A stretch of DNA of 64,000 bases from Mobula hypostoma (Eukaryota), in assembly GCF_963921235.1 (NCBI RefSeq), contig NC_086102.1:141856001-141920000 (forward strand). Reading direction: 5' to 3'. Shown here piece by piece: positions 1-11,634 of this stretch. The notes beneath the pieces were generated by a model. That model made no database searches. It was not told the DNA's origin and was given only the letters and a program-made list of their open reading frames with translations. Position 1 is the first letter of the stretch; each line of letters opens with the position of its first letter. Made by a program: the position numbers and the translations under genes.

Positions 1-258
1 AAATAATGAAGCTGCTGTATTCCATTGTAACATGAATGTGCAGGACATCATTAGTAATCAGAATCAGTTTTCTTATCACTATTATATTACATGAAATTTG
101 TCGCTTTTCAGCTGCAGCGCAGTGCAAGACATAAAAATTACGATAATTTTTATAATCAGATTCATTATGCCCCATTAGCATCCCTTTGCATAACATGAAA
201 AGAAACTTCTCGATGACCTCACTTCAGTGGAGCAGCTGGCTAGACTTAAGCATGATAT

Positions 259-1493
259 CTATAACCATATAACCACATAACAATTACAGCACGGAAATAG
301 GCCATCTCGGCCCTTCTAGTCCGTGCCAAACTCTTACTCTCACCTAGTCCCACTGACCTGCACTCAGCCCATAACCCTCCATTCCTTTCCTGTCCATATA
401 GCTATCCAATTTAACTTTAAATTACAACATCGAACCTGCCTCAACCACTTCTGCTGGAAGCTCATTCCACACAGCTACCACTCTCTGAGTAAAGAAGTTC
501 CCCCTCATGTTACCCCTGAACTTTTGCCCTTTAACTCTCAACTCATGTCCTCTTGTTTGAATCTCCCCCACTCTCAATGGAAAAAGCCTATCCACGTCAA
601 CTCTATCTATCCCCTCATAATTTTAAACACCTCTATCAAGTCCCCCCTCAACCTTCTATGCTCCAAAGAATAAATACCCAACTTGTTCAACCTTTCTCTG
701 TAACTTAGGAAATGAAACCCAGGTAATATTCTAGTAAATTTTCTCTGTACTCTCTCTATTTTGTTGACATCTTTCCTATAATTCGGTGACCAGAACTGTG
801 CACAATACTCCAAATTTGGCCTTACCAATGCCTTGTACAATTTCAACATTACATCCCAACTCCTATACTCAATGCTCTGATTTATAAAGGCCAGCCTACC
901 AAAAGCTTTCTTCACCACCCTATCCACATGAGATTCCACCTTCAGGGAACTATGCACCATTATTCCTAGATCCCTCTGTTCTACTGCATTCTTCAATGCC
1001 CTACCATTTACCATGTATGTCCTATTTTGATTAGTCCTATCAAAATGTAGCACCTCATATTTATCAGCATTAAACTCCATCTGCCATCTTTCAGCCCACT
1101 CTTCTAAGTGGTCTAAATCTCTCTGAAAGCTTTGAAAACCTACTTCTTTATCCACAACTCCACCTATCTTAGTATCATCTGCATACTTACTAATCCAATT
1201 TACCACCCCATCATCCAGATCATTAATATATATGACAAACAACATTGGACTCAGTACAGATCCCTGAGGCACACCACTAGACACCGGACTCCAATCTGAC
1301 AAATAGTTATCCACCACTACTCTCTGGCGTCTCCCATCCAGCCACTGCTAAATCCATTTTACTACTTCAATATTAATACCTAATGATTGAACCTTCTTAA
1401 CTAACCTTCTGTGTGGAACCTTGTCAAAGGCCTTACTGAAGTCCAGGTAGACAATATCCACTGCTTTACCCTCGGCAACTTTCTGAGTAACCT
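259..1493 (-). mobile_element. CR1 LINE, 3' part (RT C-terminus and 3' tail) of a host element split by a nested CR1
   Basis: ORF 607..1317(-) has the CR1 RT motifs SGVPQGSVL, KYADDTK, QMEFNADK and LVRPNLEYC. The (ATAACCAT)-like repeat at ~260-285 is the tail. The frame continues from the 4832-6247 part (IEFFEEVT|QKVAEGKAVDIVYLDFSKAFDKVPH). Confidence 0.9.
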
Positions 1494-4400
1494 AATTGTA
1501 TAAGGGCTAAGAGAGTTGTAAAAGAGCACCTGAAGGCTTTGTGTGTCGATGCAAGGAGCATTCATAACAAGGTGGCTGAATTGAAAGTGCAGATTGTTAT
1601 TAATGATTATGATATAGTTGGGATCACAGAGACATGGCTCCAGGGTGACCAAGGATGGGAGCTCAACGTTCAGGGATATTCAATATTCAGGAGGGATAGA
1701 CATGAAAGAAAAGGAGGTGGGGTGGCGTTGCTGGTTAAAGATGAGATTAACGCAATAGAAAGGAAGGACATAAGCCGGGAAGATGTGGAATCGATATGGG
1801 TAGAGCTGCATAACACTAAGGGGCAGAAGACGCTGGTGGGAGTTGTATACAGGCCACCTAACAGTAGTAGTGAGGTCGGAGATGGTATTAAACAGGAAAT
1901 TAGAAATGTGTGCAATAAAGGAACAGCAGTTATAATGGGTGATCAATCTACATGTAGATTGGGTGAACCAAATTGGTAAAGGTGCTGAGGAAGAGGCTTT
2001 CTTGGAATGTATGCGGGATGGTTTTTTGAACCAACATGTCGAGGAACCAACTAGAGAGCAGGCTATTCTAGACTGGGTTTTGAGCAATGAGGAAGGGTTA
2101 ATTAGCAATTTTGTTGTGAGAGGCCCCTTGGGTAAGAGTGACCATAATGTGGTGGAATTCTTCATTAAGATGGAGAGTGACATAGTTAATTCAGAAACAA
2201 AGGTTCTGAACTTAAAGAGGGGTAACTTTGAAGGTATGAGTCGTGAATTAGCTAAGATAGACTGGCAAATGACACTTAAAGGATTGACGGTGGATATGCA
2301 ATGGCAAGCATTTAAAGATTGCATGGATGAACTACAACAATTGTTCATCCCAGTTTGGTAAAAGAATAAATCAAGGAAGGCAGTGCACCTGTGGCTGACA
2401 AGAGAAATTAGGGATAGTATCAATTCCAAAGAAGAAGCATACAAATTAGCCAGAAAAGTGGCTCACCTGAGGACTGGGAGAAATTCAGAGTTCAGCAGAG
2501 GAGGACAAAGGGCTTAATTAGGAAGGGGAGAAAAGATTATGAGAGAAAACTGGCAGGGAACATAAAAACTGACTGTAAAAGCTTTTATAGATATGTAAAA
2601 AGGAAAAGACTGGTAAAGACAAATGTAGGTCCTCTACAGACAGAAACAGGTGAATTGATTATGGGGAGCAAGGACATGGCAGACCAATTGAATAATTACT
2701 TTGGTTCTGTCTTCACTAAGGAGGACATAAATAATCTTCCAGAAATAGTAGCGGACAGAGGGTCCAGTGAGATGGAGGAACTGAGCGAAATACATGTTAG
2801 TAGGGAAGTGATGTTAGGTAAATTGAAGGGATTAAAGGCAGATAAATCCCCAGGGCCAGATGGTCTGCATCCCAGAGTGCTTAAGGAAGTAGCCCAAGAA
2901 ATAGTGGATGCATTAGTGATAATTTTTCAAAACTCGTTAGATTCTGGACTAGTTCCTGAGGATTGGAGGGTGGCTAATGTAACCCCACTTTTTAAAAAAG
3001 GAGGGAGAGAGAAACCGGGGAATTATAGACCGGTTAGCCTAACGTCGGTGGTGGGGAAACTGCTGGAGTCAGTTATCAAAGATGTGATAACAGCACATTT
3101 GGAAAGCGGTGAAATGATCGGACAAAGTCAGCATGGATTTGTGAAAGGAAAATCATGTCTGACGAATCTCATAGAATTTTTTGAGGATGTAACTAGTAGA
3201 GTGGATAGGGGAGAACCAGTGGATGTGGTATATTTGGATTTTCAAAAGGCTTTTGACAAGGTCCCACACAGGAGATTAGTGTGCAAACTTAAAGCACACG
3301 GTATTGGAGGTAAGGTATTGATGTGGATAGAGAATTGGTTAGCAGACAGGAAGCAAAGAGTGGGAATAAACGGGACATTTTCAGAATGGCAGGCAATGAC
3401 TAGTGGGGTACCGCAAGGCTCAGTGCTGGGACCCCAGTTGTTTACAATATATATTAATGACTTGGATGAGGGAATTAAATGCAGCATCTCCAAGTTTGCG
3501 GCTGACACGAAGCTGGGCGGCAGTGTTAGCTGTGAGGAGGATGCTAAGAGGATGCAGGGTGACTTGGATAGGTTGGGTGAGTGGGCAAATTCATGGCAGA
3601 TGCAATTTAATGTGGATAAATGTGAAGTTATCCACTTTGGTGGCAAAAATAGGAAAAAAGATTATTATCTGAATGGTGGCCGATTAGGAAAAGGGGAGGT
3701 GCAACGAGACCTGGGTGTCATTATACACCAGTCATTGAAAGTGGCCATGCAGGTACAGCAGGCGGTGAAAAAGGCGAATGGTATGCTGGCATTTATAGCG
3801 AGAGGATTCGAGTACAGGAGCAGTGAGGTACTATTGCAGTTGTACAAGGCCTTGGTGAGACCACACCTGGAGTATTGTGTGCAGTTTTGGTCCCCTAATC
3901 TGAGGAAAGACATCCTTGCCATAGAGGGAGTACAAAGAATGTTCACCAGATTGATTCCTGGGCGGCAGTGTTAGCTGTGAGGAGGATGCTAAGAGGATGC
4001 AGGGTGACTTGGATAGGTTGGGTGAGTGGGCAAATTCATGGCAGATGCAATTTAATGTGGATAAATGTGAAGTTATCCACTTTGGTGGCAAAAATAGGAA
4101 AAAAGATTATTATCTGAATGGTGGCCGATTAGGAAAAGGGGAGGTGCAACGAGACCTGGGTGTCATTATACACCAGTCATTGAAAGTGGCCATGCAGGTA
4201 CAGCAGGCGGTGAAAAAGGCGAATGGTATGCTGGCATTTATAGCGAGAGGATTCGAGTACAGGAGCAGTGAGGTACTATTGCAGTTGTACAAGGCCTTGG
4301 TGAGACCACACCTGGAGTATTGTGTGCAGTTTTGGTCCCCTAATCTGAGGAAAGACATCCTTGCCATAGAGGGAGTACAAAGAATGTTCACCAGATTGAT

Positions 4401-4831
4401 TCCTGGGATGGCAGGACTTTCATATGAAGAAAGACTGGATGGACTAGGCTTGTACTCGTTGGAATTTAGAAGATTGAGGGGGGATCTGATTGAAACGTAT
4501 AAAATCCTAAAGGGATTGGACAGGCTAGATGCAGGAAGATTGTTCCTGATGTTGGGGAAGTCCAGAACAAGGGGTCACAGTTTGAGGATACGGGAGTGGT
4601 GAATCTGTGGAATTGTCTGCCACAGGAAACAGTTGAGGCCAGTTCATTGGCTATATCTAAGAGGGAGTTAGATATGGCCCTTGTGGCTACGGGGATCAGG
4701 TGGTATGGAGGGAAGGCTGGTGCAGGGTTCTGAGTTGGATGATCAGCCATGATCATAATAAATGGCGGTGCAGGCTCGAAGGGCCGAATGGCCTACTCCT
4801 GCACCTATTATCTATGTTTCTATGTTTCTAT
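1494..4831 (+). mobile_element. Young CR1 LINE (APE + RT, frameshifted), nested in an antisense CR1
   Basis: APE motifs (VGITETWL, GVVYRPPN, SDHNVV) in ORFs 1539..2361. RT ORF 2655..3974 (PGPDG, YRPVSLTS, QHGF, DFQKAFDKV, GVPQGSVLGP; FAAD replaces FADD). (TTTCTATG)n tail. 7-bp TSD GTAACCT at 1487-1493 and 4832-4838. Confidence 0.93.
3513..4407. repeat. 445-bp direct tandem duplication inside the CR1 RT
   Basis: 3513-3957 is repeated at 3958-4402. ORFs 3665..3946 and 4110..4391 translate identically. CTGGG microhomology at 3513, 3958 and 4403. Confidence 0.92.
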
Positions 4832-6247
4832 GTAACCTCTTCAAAAAATTCAATAAGATTTGTCAGACATGACCTTCCATGCACAAATCCATGTTGACTG
4901 TTCCTAATCAGGCCCTGTCTATCCAGATAATTATATATACCATCTCTAAGAATACTTTCCATCAATTTACCCACCACTGATGTCAAACTCACAGGCCAAT
5001 AATTGCTAGGTTTACTCTTAGAACCCTTTTTAAACAATGGAACAACATGAGCAATACGCCAGTCCCCTGGCACCATCCCTGTTTCTAATGACATTTGAAA
5101 TATTTCTGTCAGAGCCCCTGCTATTTCCACATTAACTTCCCTCAAGGTCCTAGGGAATATCCTGTCAGGACCTGGAGACTTATCTACTTTTATATTCCTT
5201 AAAAGAGCCAGTACTTCCTCTTCTTTAATCATCATAGTTTCCATAACTACCCTACTTGTTTCCCTTACCTTACACAATTCAATATCCTTTTCCTCAGTGA
5301 ATACCGAAGAAAGGAAATTGTTCAAAATCTCCCTCATCTCTTTTGGCTCCACACATAGCCATCCACTTTGATTCTCTAAGGGACCAATTTTATCCCTCAC
5401 TATCCTTTTGCTATTAATATAACTATAGAAACCCTTAGGATTTATTTTCACCTTACTTGCCAAAGCAACCTCATAGCTTCTTTTAGCTTTTCTAATTTCT
5501 TTCTTAAGATTCTTTTTATATTCTTTATATTCCTTGAGCACCTCATTTACTCCAAGCTGCCTATATTTATTGTAGATAGCTCTCTTTTTCCGAACCAGGT
5601 TTCCAATATTCCTTGAAAACCATGGCTCTCTCAAATTTTTAACCTTTTCTTTCAACCTAACAGGAACATAAAGATTCTGTACCCTCAAAGTCTCACCTTT
5701 AAATGACCTTTATTTCTCTATTACATCCTTCCCATAAAACAAATTGTCCCAATCCACTCCTTCTAAATCCTTTTGCATCTCCTCAAAGTTAGCCTTTCTC
5801 CAATCAAAAATCCCAACCCTGGGTCCAGTCCTATCCTCCTCCATAATTATATTGAAACTAATGGCATTGTGATCACTGGACCCGAAGTGCTCCCCAACAC
5901 ATACCTCCGTCACCTGACCTATGTCATTCCCTAACAGGAGATCCAACACTGCTCCTTCTCTAGTTGGTAACTCTATGTATTGCTGCAAAAAACTATCTTG
6001 CACACATTTTACAAACTCCAAACCATCCAGCCCTTTTACAAAATGGGTTTCCCAGTCTATGTGGGGAAAATTGAAATCTCCCACAATCACAACCTTGAGC
6101 TTACAACAAATATCTGCTATCTCCTTACAAATTTGCTCCTCCAATTCTTGCTCCCCATTAGGTGGTCTGTAATACACCCCTATAAGCGTTACTACACCTT
6201 TCCCATTCCTCAATTTCACCCAAATAGCCTCCCTAGATGAGTCCTCA
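4832..6247 (-). mobile_element. CR1 LINE, 5' part (APE C-terminus and RT N-terminus) of the split host element
   Basis: ORF 5710..6219 has GVYYRPPN, VGDFNFP and SSDHN. ORF 4828..5688 has PGPD and QHGFVHGRSCLTNLIEFFEEVT. Confidence 0.9.
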
Positions 6248-6550
6248 CAGGTTAGTGTGCAGACTTAACTAATAATTAAGTGCAGAATAATAATATTCAC
6301 AATAATAATGTGCAATAATAATGTACGAAATAAGAAAACAGAGACTATTGTACTATGACGAATGTTCTGTCGCACAGAGATGAACTATTATATATGCTTA
6401 TTGCATTTGGAAGGCAAGATTTTCTGTAACGATCCTTGTGACAGCAGAGCTGACTGAGTCTTTTCGAAAGGGTACTTATTCAATAGGTCATGGAGAGGAT
6501 GTGCCAAATCGTCCATAATGGATAACAGTTTGTTGAGTGACCTCCTCAAA
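6248..6550 (-). mobile_element. 3' fragment of a Rex1/Babar-type LINE
   Basis: Its reverse complement resembles the 3' end of the element at 28315-29690 (LNKLLSIMDDLAHPLH). Confidence 0.55.
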
Positions 6551-8039
6551 AGATTTTCCCAGTAACCAAGTTTGCTCCACTTGATTGGGTTTCCTCCCAC
6601 ATTCCATTATTGTGCTGATTGTTAGGTTGATTAGCTACTGTAAATTATCCACAGTATTACTGACCTGGTGGGAGAATTGAGTGGGAGGGAGAGGTTAAGG
6701 TTGATGGGTGGGACAATAGGTTGTAGGGAAATAAGTGAGCATTTGGGAAAACTGACCTAGACTTAGAGTCATAGAAATATACATCACAGAATAGGCCCTT
6801 CAGCTCAATGGAATCTCAGTTCACTCTGCAAATTAATGCTCGCTGCTTTGATGAATGCTATTAATTCCCTTCAGCACATCCTCACTGTCGTTGCAGTGGG
6901 TACTATCTACAAAATGTAGAGCAGTTACTACTCTGACAGCACTCACAATCCCAGGCCCTCTATCAAAAGGAAGGGCAAGGAGCACATGTACCTTCCAAGC
7001 CACAAAACAAAATCAAAATATTAGATTATATAACTGGAACTCTCTTCCAACAGCACAGTGGGATTACTGTCAGTGGAAGAACTGCAATGGTTCAAGGAGG
7101 CAGCTCACAAGATCCTCCAAAGGCAATAGGATGGCCAATAAATACCGGCTTTATTCTCATCACAAAAATGAACTAAAAGGAATGGGATATCACTAGGATG
7201 ATGAGGAAATCCAGAATGTGGAGCTAATTGAGATGTTGAGTGCAAGTGTACAGTCCTTCTGTGGAAAGCTGTGACTGTTGCATCTTGCTCAATAAGAGAA
7301 GTAGAGCAAACATAACAGTGCAGGCCCATTGGTCAAACACCAGAGGAGGAAAAAAATGAGAAGGAGCCACCGTAAAGTGGAATATTATAGTAATCCTGAC
7401 TTGGAGAGTCAAGTGAGTTAAGAAGGGAGAGGCAGCAGATATTATTGAAGGCAAATTACGTTTGATTAATATGCTGAGTTTGGAGATGAACGTTTAAAAG
7501 GAGCGCTGCCATGAGGAAACAGCAGCCATCATCAAGGACTCCCACCATTCATGGCATGTTCTCTTCACACTACCACCATCGAGAAGGAGGTACAGGAGCC
7601 TTAGGTCCTATACTATCAGGTTCAGGAACAGGTGCTACCCTTCAGCCATCAGGAGTGGATAACTTCATTCACCTCAACCCTGAACTGATACCACAACCTA
7701 CGGACTCTACAACTCATGTTATCAGTATTGCTTATGTTTAAAAATTTGCACAATTTGTCTTCTTTTGTGTATTGCTTGTTTGTCAGTCTTTCTGTATATT
7801 TTTTTCATAAATTCTATTGTATATCTTTACTGCAAGAACATGAATCTCAAGTTAGTATATGGGTAACATATACATACTTTCATAATAAATTTATTTTGAC
7901 TTTGAAAGAAGAGGAGGTTGATCAATGTACAGCAGATGCTGTTTCTATGGATTTTTAAAAGACGTTTGACAATCTTATCAGGTACTTCTACAATTTAGCC
8001 AATTTGGGAAAGGGAATCAAACAACTACTTTGAACTGTT

Positions 8040-8326
8040 AATGGATGTGGGTGATACAGAGCTGCAACTCTTCCCAAGCTGTTTGTTTTAAACAACAATC
8101 AAAGTGACAATAAAGCACAACTGAAAGAATCCATGATGCAGCAAATGTCTTTCTGCTGTTTTCCACAATTAATGAAAAAGTAGGATTTGGATGCTTTTTG
8201 CTGATGTTCAGTGCTGGGTCACCAGAATAGCAAGAACCTGCCTAGTGACGTCTTTCTGTCTTGCATATAAATACCAGCCAATGTCAGGCAGAGAAATATT
8301 CACTTGGTTATCGGTCTGAGTTCATT
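8040..8326 (+). promoter_or_regulatory. Proximal promoter and 5' UTR of gamma-crystallin copy 1
   Basis: TATAAATA at 8266-8273. T-rich TGCTGA (Maf half-site-like) at 8199, 67 bp upstream of the TATA box. AACAAT (Sox-like) at 8094. The block is conserved in all five copies. Confidence 0.7.
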
Positions 8327-9658
8327 ATGGGAATGGCAAGGGCCACCTTGTATGTGAACTAGATGAGAATTCTCCATGAACACCTGAGCAACTATTAACG
8401 CAGATATGTTTCTTCCCCCAGATCATCTTCTACGAGGACAGGAACTTCCAGGGTCGGCACTATGAGTGCAGCTCCGACTGTGCCGACCTCTCCCCTTACT
8501 TCAGCCGCTGTAACTCCATCCGTGTCGAGAGTGACTGGTGGGTGTTGTACGAGAGACCCAACTACATGGGATACCAGTATGTCCTGAGCAGGGGAGAGTA
8601 TCCTGACTACCAGCGCTGGATGGGATTCGATGACACAATCAGGTCCTGTTGCACCTACCCTTACGTAAGTTCCAATATTTGTCTGGCGATAAATTCAGGG
8701 AGATGATTTCATAAAATCCTTGAAAAATCCCCCTCTTCTAGTATGTTAAGCAGCCATTGAAAAACTTTTAATAGTGGAAAAGGTGAGCTATCTAATTGTG
8801 AGTTGCTATGTAGCTTGGGGATTGTAACTTAAACTGAACTATGAATTCATTTGTGTTCTAAAGGTGGTTATGAGACAGAATGTTCAGCCACGTCTAGGTG
8901 CTTATCCCTTGGAGAATGAGAAGTGGCCTTATAGAAATGTTTAAAATAGTTAAGGTGGACAATAATGATCTTTTCCGCAGAGTAGGGAAGTCCAAAACTG
9001 GAGGACATAGATACAGGAGAGGGATTTGAACTGGAGCTGAAGGAGAACTTTTTCACCAGAGAATGGTAAGTATATAGAACGAGCTGCCAGAAGAAGTGTT
9101 TGAGACAGGTACAATATCTGCATTTAAGAGGCAGGTGGAGGGGTGGGCTCAGAGGGATATGGGCTGAACACAGGAAGTTGCTGCAAGCTGGGCTTGCATT
9201 GTGGTTGGCATGGCCTCATTGCTCTATGACTCTATTTCCCATTGAAGTCAATGGTTATTCTATGAATTGATGTTCAGATGTTGTGTACAATGGGTGAACA
9301 ATCCAGTATCAACCATTCCTGCTATAGAAATTAAAATTATGTTCAAAACAAAAAGGTTAAAGTTGCTGTCTTTCTATTTCAGTACCAAGGAGGAATCTAC
9401 AGGATGAGGATTTATGAGAGGCCTGAATTTGCAGGGCAGATGATGGAATTCATAGACGACTGTCCCTCTGTCTACGATCGTTTCTGTTACCGTGACATCC
9501 ACTCCTGTCAGGTGATGGATGGTTACTGGATCTTCTATGAACATCCCAACTACAGAGGCCGACAGTACCTCCTGAGACCCGGGGAATACAGGAGATACAG
9601 TGACTGGGGTGGCTACAGCTCAATGATCGGATCCTTCAGACGCATGAGGGACTTCTAA
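8327..9658 (+). CDS. Gamma-crystallin (shark gamma-crystallin S-1-like), copy 1; join(8327..8335,8422..8664,9383..9658), 175 aa
   Basis: Translation MGM|[50 protein letters not shown]...YPY|[16 protein letters not shown]...SFRRMRDF*, with four Greek-key motifs. Both introns are phase 0: an 86-nt GC-AG and a 718-nt GT-AG. AATAAA at 9707-9712. Confidence 0.9.
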
Positions 9659-11634
9659 AAGTTGCTCTTGAAAATGATTGTATCCTGTTTAAGTATTTAT
9701 GAAGGTAATAAAATACTGTTGATGATATTATCAGCTCATCTGATTCATTTTTATTGGCCTTCAATGGAAATCAAACAGAAAAGTAATTTCAAATTTTATG
9801 TAATAAGACGGAAATATAAGTTTTGCAGTGAATGATGATTCCCTGGATCTCTCTATTTTAGAAGGTTGTTGAGGCTAGATCATTGAGATGTTTAAAGAGG
9901 AGGAGGGAACATTTTTGGAAGATTGGAGAGTTCAAGGAATGAGAAGTTGGCACAGAAGAGTTCCTCAGACCAGGAACAAATCAACCTTGATCTTACAGAA
10001 CAGTGACGAAACTTTGAGGGGCCAACTGACCAACTCCTACTCCTATATTCAAAGTTCCAAATCAAAGGAGAGAGGTACACCCAGTTCATTGATACCCTTT
10101 GATAAATGACCACATAAAGTCTACTATTGATGGCATTTGCTTCTGCTTTGAGAAAAATGGGGAGTTAAGGAACAAAAATGAGTTAAGTATCAGATTATTA
10201 AATAGAATGATTTTCTCCTCTGATGAAAACACAAGCATTTTATAGAATTTTGTGATGGGTTAAAGAAGAAACAAAAGATATGGGACTATTGTCAAATCAG
10301 GTTTCCCAAGTGTTTAGCCTCATACAGGCACTTTGAATGTTAGGAAGGGATGGTTTTGTTGAAACCCACAAAAGTTGGAAAGAGTGAGAAGGATTATAGA
10401 ATTCTTGGAGAATGCAGAGTACAAGGTGAATTTGGTTTTGGTCTGAATATCAGTGGGAGGTAGAGTCTGTCTAAACTTAGATAGTTTAGTTTATCCTACA
10501 GCTATGTTTTCTGTGTTCAATGCAAAGCAGTCTCGATGGGAAACTTAGATATGACTCAGAACTCCTCTTAAACAGTTTATTACAGCCTTGATCTTATGGG
10601 TCAAGCACAGCAAAGTAACAGGCCCTTTCAGGTCAATGGGCCTACACTGCCCAGTTTCTCCCACATGATCTACTAACCTCTACAGCTTTAGAATGTGGGA
10701 GAAAACCAGAGGGAACTCATGCTGTCATGGGGATAACATAAAAACTCTTTATCAGTACTTACTCTTTATCCTTAATGCTATGCTGCTGTGACACCCCAAT
10801 ATTAACAAGCCCTATAAATAATACTAGATATGATCTTTCATGAAATTAATAGAGGTATATATAAAATATTGCAAACTATTGCACCCTAATAGGACTTCTG
10901 TATGCTGTGCCCTGCTATCCCTCTGATGCAGTTTCTGGCATTTCCCTCAGTACTTCTAAAATTCAGACTGATAGTAAGCTGATTAACACTATCTTCCCTT
11001 TTGATATAAATCATGTGAAGTCAAATCAAGCTTACTGTGAGATGCACAAATACATTGAGGTACAGGTACAATGAAAAATTTTCTTGCAGTTGTACCATGG
11101 CATTTAGGTAATGATACACCAAATATAAATTACTCATAAATGATAAATAAAATTACACCATATTACACTGAATAACAGGACTGTACCAAAGCAAAATATT
11201 TTGCAGTCAATGACAAACGCTTGCTTGTACAATAAGTGAGCCCCAAAGTTCCATTGCTAAGATGGGGTAAGGTTCGTTTAGGTCAGTTCGAGAACCTGAT
11301 GGTTGTAGGAAAGTAGTTGTTCCTGAACCTGGTAGTGTGAAATTTCAGACTTCTGTACCCTCTGCATAGTAACAACAAGTAAAAGGCAAGATAGAGATGG
11401 TGGAGATCTTTGACGATCAATGCCACCTTCTAGAGGCCATTGTCAGCCTCTTGTGGTTCCGTACCACCTCCCAATCCCATATGTCCCATGTGGAAATGTC
11501 TGCAGACCAACCATTAGTACAACAAAGATACTTTGATGGACAAAAAAGTTTTTCTGAGTTTAAAAGTGATCATTAAAACCTGCTAATGGATGTTTCTACT
11601 GTTGCAAATGCTGACTGACTGATGAACTGAATAA

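Noticed and set aside
1670-4756. Many 60-250 aa ORFs antisense to CR1, Rex1 or Penelope coding sequence
   Set aside because: Expected shadow ORFs of retroelement RT regions.
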